From positions 16,492,270 to 16,537,240 of the forward strand of contig NC_068982.1 of the NCBI RefSeq assembly GCF_001194135.2: 44,971 bases of DNA, in the 5' to 3' direction. Each line of letters starts with the position of its first letter. Position 1 is the first letter of the stretch. Shown one piece after another: positions 1 through 11,370 of the stretch. The position numbers and the translations under genes are program-made. The notes under the pieces are model-generated. The model was not told the origin of the DNA. It ran no database searches and saw nothing but the letters and a program-made list of their open reading frames with translations. Source of the stretch: Octopus bimaculoides. Taxonomy: Eukaryota.

Positions 1-229
1 CATTTCTTTTAGGGGAAACGTTGTCATCTGCTGGTATTGATACATCAATTAGAAAGCGTTTTTTTTCCTTCATGATCTCTGACAACTATATCTGGTCTAT
101 TGGCCTTAATTTCTCTATCTGTGTGTATTGGCATATCCCAGAGTATGGTCACTTTCTCGTTTTTTGTGACCTTTTCTGGCGTGTGTCTATACCATCTTTT
201 TTCTGTTGTTATTCCATAGTGTTGGCATA

Positions 230-230
<1 letters not shown>
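1..230 (-). mobile_element. 5'-truncated R4/Dong-like non-LTR retrotransposon fragment (restriction-like endonuclease region), continues off the window start
   Basis: Minus-strand translation KRWYRHTPEKVTKNEKVTILWDMPIHTDREIKANRPDIVVRD then, in a shifted frame, FLIDVSIP (PD-(D/E)xK RLE motif). Nucleotides 1-75 are nearly identical to ~14836-14910. The 5' junction abuts an (AAT)n array. Confidence 0.85.
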
Positions 231-296
<66 letters not shown>

Positions 297-327
297 TTGT
301 CGTTNNNNNNNNNNATTGTTGTTGTTG

Positions 328-358
<31 letters not shown>

Positions 359-384
359 CATTATTATTATTATCATTATTATTA

Positions 385-450
<66 letters not shown>
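231..450. repeat. (ATT)n microsatellite with a short N gap
   Basis: Direct inspection of the sequence. Confidence 0.95.
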
Positions 451-451
<1 letters not shown>

Positions 452-522
452 TTGTCGTTACATTATCATCGTCACCGATCCTTGATGATTGTTATTTGTT
501 TTTTGTTTTCTTCCCTTTTCAG

Positions 523-642
523 CTTCAAAACAACCCACAATCACAATCAGAATATGTTAAAGATTTAATGCCTACAGCAATTCTTGTCACCTTGTGCTGC
601 TTTTTACCAACGGGCATTGCTGCTATTGCAGCTGCATCTGAA
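523..642 (+). CDS. Internal coding exon of a CD225/dispanin-family (IFITM/PRRT/SynDIG-like) membrane protein
   Basis: Polypyrimidine tract with CAG acceptor (AG at 521-522) and GTAAGT donor at 643. The 120-nt phase 0/0 exon encodes LQNNPQSQSEYVKDLMPTAILVTLCCFLPTGIAAIAAASE, which carries the dispanin D-x-L...TLCC-x-P-x-G-I-x-A signature. Confidence 0.88.
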
Positions 643-1064
643 GTAAGTAAAATATGAATATTCTTTGCAAGAAATTCTATTCATATCCGTATATTTCAAA
701 TTTTAGCGTAAAGAATAATGTGAAGGACCAGTGTTTCACTTGTGTAAAAGTCATGTGTTTCATAAGTTTCTTAGTTTATAAATATTATTCTGTATAAAAC
801 AAATGATTGATTATATTTGGTATTAAAGTACCATGCCACAAGTTTACTGTAGATATTTTTGTGGTCACAAACTGACTGGCATAGACTCTTCCACAAGAGA
901 CATGTTTCTCGTAAGTTTGGGTTGGATGAAAGGCTTATGGGAGATCTGATGTTTGCTACACGTAAGTGAACTAACGACCTTTCCTGTTTTTCTCTCTTTC
1001 TTTCTTTTGGTATATTCTGTATGCATGCATGTATGTATTTATGTATGTATTATGTATGTATATA

Positions 1065-3100
1065 TGTACCAGAAATATTCTGCAATCACTAGATGTCACC
1101 ACTCACTAGAATATTACCCATGTGAGAAAAAGATCTAATCAATCACGACTTTGCCTAGAACTGGCTCTGGCAACGATCCCATCTTTTCACGCTCTTTATC
1201 TCTGAGCCTGAGCATTAGTATAAATTCGGCACAACTTAGATAGAGAGGTTTGGCATGCAGCAGAAGCAGGAGATTATACGTCAGACGGACGGTGAACAGG
1301 CACAGACAGCTGCTAACAACAACCACACTGAATGACAGGCGACAGCAACTAGCTTTTTTGACTACTTTTACAATTACACCATTTTGTCGTTTCTCGTAAC
1401 GGTAGTATTTTCTGTTGTGTACGAAAATAATAAAATGAAGTTTATCAAAAAATTCCAACAGACTTCTATATTGTTCTTCCACGTAATCTGTGACCTCTTA
1501 CGCTAGAGGTGGCAGTCAGTATTAGTAATGGTGGTGGATCTCGAAGGAAGATTAAGACACGGCCGAGAAGCAATTCGCTTTTAAATCCCTCTGTAGGACA
1601 TCATATGAACAACGCCGACATTTCTCTGAGAAAATCCTATCTCCGGGTGACTTTTCCCTGCCGTTGTACCCTCGCCGCATTGCTACTATCTCTGTCGTCG
1701 ATACACTGGTGATCGTATCCTAAACACGTCTCTTCTCAGCACATCAAACGTTTTCAGAAACACCGCCGAGATGCCAGTAGCTACGCTACCAGCAGCACCA
1801 TCGTTATCAACCAACATACCCAGTAAATTCCTATTCATCTTGTTTGTTATTCATTGTCAAAAAAGACTCCGTCAGTATCAAATGCCTACAATCGGTTCGT
1901 CTTGAGTCTCTCACGACATCAACCTCGCCATTTGAACAAATAATACCAGCACGTGCATCCACTGATGCCTCCATCTGCTCAAGCGACAAGAACGAGAGAA
2001 GTCAACATGTGTTTTCTCCAATGCAGTGCGGAAAAGAACTGTTTCCTCTTTCTTTCTGTTCATACATGCATACATCTGAACACATTTACATTGCACACAC
2101 TCGACACGCATGCATTCACATTTAGCAACCATACAAATACCAAACATTTGCACTGCATGCACATAGACACTTAACAAACACATTCATTACAAGCAGTATA
2201 CACAAAATTACTACAAATAGAAGATGCAACTCCACTTCAGCTGCTTATGCTCTAAGCTTGGGAATAGCTGAATAGGTTTACAATACCGATTTACTAGTAT
2301 TCAATGCAAACGCTCATATTAAAATGCACTAATGCATACAAATATGTAACTGCCGATCTACAAATAAACACTACGACATCGACTCACTGATGTTCATGCA
2401 CACGGTTATCTACGAGTCACTCACTCACTCACTCAGTTACTCACGTAGCTACATTCATCTGGCTCGTGTACACACATGTATCCTCATCAGATCTTCTTTC
2501 CTACCATTTTAAAAATTATATCCTGGTCTAACATTTAACCAACATTCTTAGTCTTGCATGTATACCATTCTAATGCATCAACTTTTATACACTTCACATC
2601 TGCAGTTCCTGCACTACTCTCATAGTTTCGTTCAATACACCGTGAACAGAAATGTTACTGACAGGAGAGTGATGTAGCGGAAATAATAAGGAATCACCAG
2701 ATATTCGCTAGAATATTACCCTTGTGACGAAAAAAATCTAACCAATCACGACTAGAACTGGCTCTAGCAACAATCCCATCTTTTCGCGCTCATATCTCTC
2801 TGAGCCTAGACATCATTAAAAATTTGGCACATCTTAACTTCTTGACACAGAGCTTTGAGAGACAGCAGAGACAAAACAGCAAACAGACGGCGAACATACT
2901 TAGACAACTGGTGACAAAAACATCAATGAACGATCGACGAAAGCACCACAATGACCAGCATCTAATTTTGGAACTACTATTACAATTACACCAAGAAAGA
3001 TCACATTCAAACTCTCGACATTTTGTCGTTCGTAGTAACGACAGTATTATTATTTTTTTGTGTACGAAGAGAATAAAATTAAACTTATCAAAAATCGAAA
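1065..3100 (+). mobile_element. Degenerate LTR retroelement (Gypsy-like ends, no intact internal ORF); LTR-like copies ~1065-1460 and ~2673-3100
   Basis: Two imperfect ~400-bp direct repeats, both starting TGTA and sharing e.g. GAATATTACCC-TGTGA...AATCACGACT...TAGAACTGGCTCT-GCAAC-ATCCCATC. A purine tract AGGAGAGTGA (2663-2672) lies directly before the second copy (PPT-like). GGTGGCAG near 1507 is a weak PBS-like match. TATA is present on both outer flanks. Confidence 0.6.
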
Positions 3101-3119
3101 TATATATGCATATATATAT

Positions 3120-3170
<51 letters not shown>

Positions 3171-3329
3171 AATAAATATATATATATATATATATTTACA
3201 CACATACACACACACACACACAAATATATATATATATATCTNNNNNNNNNNNNNNNNNNNNNNNNNNNNNNNNNNNNNNNNNNNNNNNNNNNNNNNNNNN
3301 NNNNNNNNNNNNNNNNNNNNNNNNNNNNN

Positions 3330-3364
<35 letters not shown>

Positions 3365-3435
3365 ATATAGAAGTGGTGCACGAAATCAAATATAACAAAC
3401 TACTCCAAATCATTGTTAGGGTATCAGATACTATT

Positions 3436-3580
3436 CATTCCTGCTAGCTGAGTGGTCTGGAGCAACGTGAAATACAGTGTCTTGCTCGAGGACACAATGC
3501 GTCGCCGGGAATTGAACTCACGGCATTGTGATCGTGAGTCAAAATCCCTGGCCTCTAAGCCACGCGCATTCATACGCCCG
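3436..3580 (-). mobile_element. tRNA-derived SINE, 5' part
   Basis: Reverse complement of the family seen at 16140-16440 (shared CGAGCAAGACAC...TTTCACGTTGCTCCAG-CACTCAGC). It has a tRNA-like head with A/B-box-like segments. Confidence 0.75.
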
Positions 3581-4020
3581 CGCGCATGTGTGTTCCGGTG
3601 AAATTTGAAAATTTTTATGTTTGCCTTTTTGAAGAATAGCTTGGTGTACTGGTGGATTGAAGTTATAGCTGAATTTGAGAAAATGTTATCTGACATGGAA
3701 GAATGGAAACCTCCTGAATATCGGAAAAGAGTTACCTGTGATTTCTGTTGCTCTATTGTCCTGATCTGTAACTTGTATAGGCCTTGTGCTCAGTGCCTGA
3801 AGATTATTTGGAGACATCAGCTGTGTTATAAAAAACCTGCCTAGGCTACGTTTACAAATGTATGAAAATGTTAGTAGCATATGACTATACACTGTATACA
3901 TTAAGCGACATTTATTTCTCGTTAGAGGGACTACTTTTTTTGTTGATCCACTGTGTTCTTTATTTTCTGTTTTAATTTCTTGTAGTCAGTTTTATGTATA
4001 TAGTATTCTAGGTTATTATG

Positions 4021-4397
4021 TTGTTGGCACTCCGTCGCTTACGACGTCGAGGGTTCCAGTTGATCCGATCAACGGAACAGCCTGCTCGTGAAATTAACGT
4101 GCAAGTGGCTGAGCACTCCACAGACACAAGTACCCTTAACGTAGTTATCGGGGAGATTCAGCGTGGCACAGTGTGACAAGGCTGGCCCTTTGAATTACAG
4201 GCACAACAGAAACAAGAAGAATGAGTGAAAGTTGTGGTGGAAGAGTACAACAGGGTTCGCCACAATCGCCTGCCGGAGCCTCGTGGAGCTTTAGGTGTAT
4301 TCGCTCAATAAACACTCACAACGCCCGGTCTGGGAATCGAAACCGCGATCCTATGACCGCGAGTCCGTTGCCCTAACCACTGGGCCATTGCGCCTCC
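4021..4397 (-). mobile_element. Full-length tRNA-derived SINE
   Basis: The minus strand begins GGAGGCGCAATGGCCCAGTGGTTAGGGCAACGGACTCGCGGTCATAGGATCGCGGTTTCGATTCCCAGACC (A box TGGCCCAGTGG, B box GGTTTCGATTCC). A non-tRNA body and short simple-repeat tail follow. Confidence 0.85.
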
Positions 4398-4779
4398 TCT
4401 AGGTTATTAGAAACGAAAGAAAAGGGCACTCAACACATTTAGTAGGAGTTACATGTATTAATTTAAACTGTTTACTTCGACATCATGCGACTTAAAGTTT
4501 CGCATATCCAGTGACATATATCGCCATACTGTTGTTGACATCTGGTATCCGAATATTGTGCACGGGATTAAAGCATCATATTACAAGTAGTGCATTTCTG
4601 TTAGAGGCCTGCGAAACTTTAAGTCGCACAGAGGCGAAGCAAACTATTTTAAATAACACACACACACACATATACACACACGCACATATAAACACATACG
4701 TACATGTATACATACATACAAACATTCATTCGTACATAGACACATGCACACACACATATATATAGAGTGAGGATGAGAG

Positions 4780-4824
<45 letters not shown>

Positions 4825-5553
4825 GAGAAAGAAAGAGAGAGANNNNNNNNNNGATAGAGAGAGAAAGAAAGAGAGAGAGAGAGAAAGAAAGAGAGAGAGA
4901 GATAGAAAGAAAGAGAGAGAGAGAGAAAGAGAGAATTTATACAATATAGCATCCATATGCTAGATTATTCGTTTTAATGAAATTAAAATTCGATATAAAT
5001 GTCCGATTGTCTTCGGTTTTATATTCATTTTCTATATTTTATGATTTTATTTCACAGTGGTTTATTATCGGCACATTACATTTTATTTGTTTCCGTAATT
5101 TTATTTTTTATTCTTTGTATACTTTATTTTACCGCTAATATGAGAGGAATTCTTCATCATATCTTCGTTCCTTATGAACGTGCATAGTATGCTACAATTA
5201 CCAAATTGTATTGCAGCAGAAATAAGCGGAACTGCAAATCAACAACGAAACTCGTTCTGAAAGGTCACCTAAGGAGACAGATCTGCACCTACAATGCGCC
5301 ACAACTGTTTGCACAAGATCTCACTTAGAAAGTACCGGTGCATGATAGGTTGAAAAGATCGGAGTAAATAAACAGTCTTCTGAAGCCTATTTTCTTTCTA
5401 TCATAGTTTTTAGAAACTCTACAGAGACAGAAGAATTCCTGAAGTAAATCTAATAAAATATTCACCATACTGTTGTTAACATCAGGTAACCGTGTACTGT
5501 GAATAGGCTTTAAACAACATGCTACAAGGTGTATAACCGAAAATAAAAATTAA

Positions 5554-5716
5554 TGTGGTTCTATGGTAAGAAGCTTGCTTCCCAACCACATGGTTCGGGG
5601 TTTTGTCTTACTGCATGGCGCCTTGGGCAAGTGCCTTCTACTATAGCCTAGGGTTGATCAAATCCATGTGAGTGGATTTGGGGGAAGGAAATTGAAAGAA
5701 TCCCGTCGTGTATATA
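5554..5716 (+). mobile_element. Diverged tRNA-derived SINE, 5' part
   Basis: Aligns by eye with 18926-19095 (GGTAAG...CCACATGGTTC...CCTTGGGCAAGTG-CTTCTACTATAGCCT...GTGGATTTGG). Confidence 0.8.
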
Positions 5717-5833
5717 AAAAATCAACAACGCGAGGACGCGATACATGGAAAGCATTAGCAGACGCTCAGGGAAGGAAAGGAAGGTAGTTTTACGTTTCGA
5801 GCATATATAAACACATATATATATATGTATGCA

Positions 5834-5899
<66 letters not shown>

Positions 5900-6916
5900 C
5901 ATATGGTTCAGGAAATAGATGGTAAATGTTTTTATTTTTCATTCCCTTTCGAAATTATCCGTAATTGTGGTTTGGAGTATGACTGCTCCTTCTAGCAGGT
6001 TAGATGTCTTATTATGGACATCTCTCTTATGTGTTTAAATGTATACTGTATGTATTTATATGAATAATATATAGTCTATTGACTAGTTTTTTTCTTCTCG
6101 CTAGACCACTGCTAACAAATAGGATTTCTAAATTTTTTTTCTACCCTGAGATTTATTAATAATGATATAATGATTTTTTTGGCTAGTTNNNNNNNNNNNN
6201 NNNNNNNNNNNNNNNNNNNNNNNNNNNNNNNNNNNNNNNNNNNNNNNNNNNNNNNNNNNNNNNNNNNNNNNNNNNNNNNNNNNNNNNNNNNNNNNNNNNN
6301 NNNNNNNNNNNNNNNNNNNNNNNNNNNNNNNNNNNNNNNNNNNNNNNNNNNNNNNNNNNNNNNNNNNNNNNNNNNNNNNNNNNNNNNNNNNNNNNNNNNN
6401 NNNNNNNNNNNNNNNNNNNNNNNNNNNNNNNNNNNNNNNNNNNNNNNNNNNNNNNNNNNNNNNNNNNNNNNNNNNNNNNNNNNNNNNNNNNNNNNNNNNN
6501 NNNNNNNNNNNNNNNNNNNNNNNNNNNNNNNNNNNNNNNNNNNNNNNNNNNNNNNNNNNNNNNNNNNNNNNNNNNNNNNNNNNNNNNNNNNNNNNNNNNN
6601 NNNNNNNNNNNNNNNNNNNNNNNNNNNNNNNNNNNNNNNNNNNNNNNNNNNNNNNNNNNNNNNNNNNNNNNNNNNNNNNNNNNNNNNNNNNNNNNNNNNN
6701 NNNNNNNNNNNNNNNNNNNNNNNNNNNNNNNNNNNNNNNNNNNNNNNNNNNNNNNNNNNNNNNNNNNNNNNNNNNNNNNNNNNNNNNNNNNNNNNNNNNN
6801 NNNNNNNNNNNNNNNNNNNNNNNNNNNNNNNNNNNNNNNNNNNNNNNNNNNNNNNNNNNNNNNNNNNNNNNNNNACGACGACCACCACCACCATCACCCC
6901 CATCACCCCCCCCCAT

Positions 6917-6917
<1 letters not shown>

Positions 6918-6969
<52 letters not shown>

Positions 6970-7520
6970 GTGTTATTGATAATAATACCATTACTGCTAC
7001 TAATAACATCGATAGTAATAATAATAATAGCAGCAATAATAATGATTCGAGCCAATCCCCTAATAACACCCTTAATTTCGACATAAATAGTACTACATCT
7101 TCCGTTTCCACTAATAACATTCGTAGGACAGTTAGCTGTAACTGCCGATCCACGACCGAATGCCTGTTGCAAGACCACTGCAGAAGATTTAATGTATACA
7201 AATGTACGGTCCACAACATATTGCATAATTCTACTAACTACTATATCGGGTCTACTATTAATTTAAAACATACATTCTCCACGTATAAACTCTTTTAAAT
7301 ATGAGAAGCATAGGAAATTCTACCTTCCTTGCCACCCATATCCATCACCTAATAAAAAGTACCATATAGGATATCCTGGGCCATAATAGATTTCACAGTC
7401 CATACCAAGGCCCTTGTGGACTATGCACTATGCATAAAAACCTTCCAAATATCCATAATTCACTGCAATTACTAAATAAAAAACACGAAGCCTTTTCTAC
7501 ATGTTGTCACAGGTTCTATC
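6918..7520 (+). mobile_element. Penelope-like element (Naiad-type), T/N-rich linker plus GIY-YIG endonuclease, frameshifted
   Basis: The plus-strand frame reads through (ACT)n into SVIDNNT...TVSCNCRSTTECLLQDHCRRFNVYKCTVHN...NYYIGST. Shifted frames then give THIHHLIK, PYQGPCGLC and LLNKKHEAFSTCCHR. This is the CxC/CxxxxxC, VYK-YIG, CxxC and LN...CxH pattern of C-terminal PLE endonucleases. Confidence 0.85.
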
Positions 7521-7650
7521 ACACCTTTATATTCTTCCATAGGCCCAAATGCAAACAAAATCAACACACATGACACATCCATCCACGGTCGTTACAACAC
7601 CCCCCACACACATATACGCATACATATGTATATATGTGTGTGTATGTTTG

Positions 7651-7682
<32 letters not shown>

Positions 7683-8345
7683 AGTATGTATATGTGTGTG
7701 CTTTATATGTACGCTTATGTGTGTATATGTATGCATGTGTGTGTATATGTGCGTATGCATTTATGTATGTATATACGTATATGTATGTATATAGATGTAT
7801 GTGTGTGTGTATATATACGCTTTCTTCTTTTCCCCCTAGCTCTCTATCAACATAGAAGCATCTTAGAAACTAACTAGTTTGAACTCAATGGTTTTTAGTT
7901 TTTGTAGTCTTTAGGTTTTAGATTTCTTAGTTTGCAATTTTAAGTTTATGTTTTAAATTTTAATTTTTAATTTTAGTTTTATCTTATTTTCATTCCTTTC
8001 TCCCCCCTCTCTCTCCCTTATATATCCATTCACAAAACCCATTTATATCTATCGTTCTTTCTCGCTCTTTATACACTTTTACAATATGAATAAATCATTT
8101 AAAATACTGCCAAAATACCTGGGATTTTAACTAAAAACCCCTACCTTCATGAAAATACCGACGAACATCCATGTCCTCTGGTAAATGATGAGTTGTGAAC
8201 ATTATTCTCCTGCCCATATTCTTCTAACTACCTTTACTATTTATTCTTCTATTTTACTACTTTATTCTTGTATTTTATTCCTTATTAACTGTGAATTTTA
8301 TTCCTTATAAACTGTAAATTTTCCCTGTCTAAAATATTCTCACTT

Positions 8346-8422
8346 TATCTCTGATGACGAAATATCCAGTACGTGGACACGCTAACCAACCATTTGGATT
8401 ATCTCAGAAACGGCTATAAGAC
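8346..8422 (+). ncRNA. Degenerate type I hammerhead ribozyme motif in the PLE 3' region
   Basis: CTGATGA at 8351-8357. Long imperfect stem II (GAAATATCCA / TGGATTATCTC), GAAA at 8407-8410, near-palindromic ACGGCTAT, then A|AGA pairing with the upstream TCT. It lies downstream of the PLE endonuclease on the same strand. Confidence 0.55.
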
Positions 8423-8611
8423 TTCAAATTCACCTTACCCTAATTAAAAATTATTCTAAATGACTTGAGATCCTCGTTCTGCCTTGGTATTGATTTTTCC
8501 TCTCATATAATATATACCCCCTGTAATGGAACCCGAATACTGATTCCTAGATCCAGCCTCAGATGTGATCGTGGAACATAACGGTCGACCAACTACAACA
8601 CTTATATTCTT

Positions 8612-8684
<73 letters not shown>

Positions 8685-8955
8685 NNNNNNNNNNNNNNNN
8701 NNNNNNNNNNNNNNNNNNNNNNNNNNNNNNNNNNNNNNNNNNNNNNNNNNNNNNNNNNNNNNNNNNNNNNNNNNNNNNNNNNNNNNNNNNNNNNNNNNNN
8801 NNNNNNNNNNNNNNNNNNNNNNNNNNNNNNNNNNNNNNNNNNNNNNNNNNNNNNNNNNNNNNNNNNNNNNNNNNNNNNNNNNNNNNNNNNNNNNNNNNNN
8901 NNNNNNNNNNNNNNNNNNNNNNNNNNNNNNNNNNNNNNNNNNNNNNNNNNNNNNN

Positions 8956-9014
<59 letters not shown>

Positions 9015-9520
9015 TCGCTTAGACACAGCGAGATTAATAACCTGACGTAGAACTCAGTATGCACATGTTTCAGAAGTGCTTCATGAGTATAGAACAGTAA
9101 TATATAAGGAAGATAGTAATAGTGATAAAGTCATTACTGTTGCATATATAAAAAAGTGTATGTCCAAATGCTAATTAGATTTACGAGAAGAAAAAGTAAA
9201 AAGACAGAAAAATATAGAGAGAGAGACACATGCGCACGTACTTGAAAAAACACACGCACACACAGTCGCACACACAGCGCAGAGATAATATGTAATATGT
9301 TTTTTCGTGTGTGTGTCTGTATGTGTGTGCGTGTGTGTGTGTGTATGTGTGCGTGTACCTGTGTGCGTATCCATGTGCATGTTGGTGCGAGTATATATCT
9401 ATGGGTGTGTTTATACGCCATATGTATATGTAATGTATGTGGGAACATCTATACATTTTCTGTTGTTGAATTTTATTAGCTTGCTTTAAATATAAAGTCA
9501 TTCTTATTTTTATCTTCTAG

Positions 9521-9676
9521 GCAAATTCAATGGTTCAAAAGGGACAAATAGAAGAAGCTAAGGTAGCAAGCAAAAGTGCAAAATCATTTATTAAAATATC
9601 ATTTCTTGTTGGTTCTATTTTGTTACTTACTGCTTCCGCAGCAATAATTATATTCAATGTTCTACGAAGTTTCTGA
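9521..9676 (+). CDS. Terminal coding exon of the CD225/dispanin-family gene
   Basis: TTCTTATTTTTATCTTCTAG acceptor, phase 0. Encodes ANSMVQKGQIEEAKVASKSAKSFIKISFLVGSILLLTASAAIIIFNVLRSF* (the G-x4-A-x3-S-x2-AK loop plus a C-terminal TM helix). It joins exon 523-642 in frame to give a complete CD225 domain. Confidence 0.88.
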   Translation, partial: ANSMVQKGQIEEAKVASKSAKSFIKISFLVGSILLLTASAAIIIFNVLRSF

Positions 9677-10662
9677 TGATGTCAACGACAAGTTGTTCAG
9701 TTCTTCAAGAAATTAATATTAAATGTGTTTTCTTTTCTTTATATTCATCTTCAGCTATAATTATGTAAAGTATACTCAGCAAAAAATGTTTAAATATATT
9801 GAGTACTTCAATCGACAAATTACATATATCATAATAAATAATATGATTCCAAATATTAAACAATGATATATTCTAATCGGTGAACTCTACAGCCTTAGCC
9901 TGATGGCAAGAACCACTAAAGAAGTAAAACTATGAGAGTATAGAGATATTCCTGAACAAATTGTACCATTTCTTCCCTCCGATTTAAGCACCCAAGAAAG
10001 CAATGGGTGGTGTTGTTGCATTTTGCTTTTACATGAATCTTCTTTATTATTATCTCAGGAACTATCAAAGTTTAAAACCATTTTATGAACATAATCGTGA
10101 GACAAAACAAATTTTTTAAACTCTTTTGTAGTTTTCAAAATGTTGCCTTAAAGCCAATTATTTATTTCACTGTTAAATATTCAACTAAGATAAACTAGAC
10201 TATTGTTACACGAAAAATAAACAGTTACATAAAGACATACCCAAATGTTGCAGTACATGTCAATATAATATTTTAGATAATGGTAGACAGCATTGGCTAA
10301 AAGTGAAAACTACGTCAAAACATTGACCCCCAAATGAAGAGGAATATTACTTTTTGCTTTCACCCATAACTAATTGGTTTAAATTGGTTTTAATATTTCA
10401 TCTAATCATGTTACAGAATAGGAAGTGGAGTTCACAGCAAATATCTGATTATTTACTCGTAGTGTTTTAATGATTTTATTTTCAATGTGTGTAGTGAACA
10501 TAAACATATATGATTTGTAAGTAAAATAATATCTGAAAGCATTCTCCCCTCGCAAAGACTCCATATATTAACTAATGCATTTGATAACAAAATAATAGCA
10601 GTTTAATATTTGTAAACACACCAGTAAATCAACTTGTATATTATGTAATCAACATTCAATGA

Positions 10663-10707
10663 AATAAAGCATTATTTTCTCTACCAAAAACTATGTTGTG
10701 GTCTTGT
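10663..10707 (+). promoter_or_regulatory. Candidate polyadenylation signal of the dispanin gene
   Basis: AATAAA at 10663-10668, followed ~25 nt later by the GT-rich TGTTGTGGTCTTGT. Alternative AATAAA hexamers occur at 9833 and 10216. AT-rich background makes chance hits likely. Confidence 0.35.
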
Positions 10708-10752
10708 ATAAGGTTAGGAATTTTGGTAATCCTTGTGCCGTTACTAAAACCA

Positions 10753-10776
10753 TCCTCCTCCTCCTCCTCCTCCTCC

Positions 10777-10813
<37 letters not shown>

Positions 10814-10954
10814 TATCATCATCATCATCATTTCACTCTGTTACCTCAATAACAGTTACTTGGACGTTTTACGAAAGGTTTATTTATGACTAGAAATTAT
10901 GCATTGTAGTGAAAGGAGAACAGATCGTAAGAACTATGATTCTGATACATTTCG

Positions 10955-10998
<44 letters not shown>

Positions 10999-11098
10999 NN
11001 NNNNNNNNNNNNNNNNNNNNNNNNNNNNNNNNNNNNNNNNNNNNNNNNNNNNNNNNNNNNNNNNNNNNNNNNNNNNNNNNNNNNNNNNNNNNNNNNNN

Positions 11099-11135
<37 letters not shown>

Positions 11136-11140
11136 GATGA
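10753..11140. repeat. (CCT)n/(CAT)n and (ATT)n microsatellite cluster with gap
   Basis: Direct inspection of the sequence. Confidence 0.9.
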
Positions 11141-11145
11141 TGATG

Positions 11146-11302
11146 AGGCGGTGGGCTGGCAGAATCGGTAGCACGCCGGGCGAAATGCTTAGCGGTATTT
11201 CACTCGTTGCTACGTTCTGAATTCGCCGAGTTCGACTTTACCGTTCATTCTTTCGGGTCGATAAACTAAGTACCATGAAACACTGGGACCGATGTAATTG
11301 AT

Positions 11303-11304
<2 letters not shown>
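11146..11304 (+). mobile_element. tRNA-derived SINE lacking a 3' tail, embedded in (ATT)n
   Basis: AGGCGGTGGGCTGGCAGAATCGGTAGCACGCCGGGCGAAATGCTTAGCGGTATTTC...GTCGATAAACTAAGTACC matches the copies at 24640-24847 and 26517-26753. Confidence 0.85.

Positions 11305-11370
<66 letters not shown>

Noticed and set aside
21-657. Long ORFs with poly-Y, poly-I and poly-L runs (and similar HT/CV/IY-repeat ORFs elsewhere, e.g. 8456-9064, 27642-27957, 42033-43123)
   Set aside because: They are translations of (ATT)n, (CA)n and (TA)n microsatellites and N gaps. Only 523-642 within them is a supported exon.
4320-4397. tRNA-like sequences at SINE heads (also 18926, 26700, 40425)
   Set aside because: They have A/B boxes but continue into SINE bodies and lack a complete cloverleaf, so they are not called tRNA genes.
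5745-5815. Minus-strand GCTCGAAACGTA, resembling the 3' half of a hammerhead
   Set aside because: No CUGANGA half could be found beyond the adjacent (TA)n array, so it is too incomplete to call.
7130-7520. Possible selenocysteine (in-frame TGA) in Naiad-type ORFs, as reported for some Naiads
   Set aside because: The conserved Cys positions I could read are TGT/TGC, and the stop checked at a conserved position (25.77 kb, expected Trp) is TAG. No SECIS was recognised.
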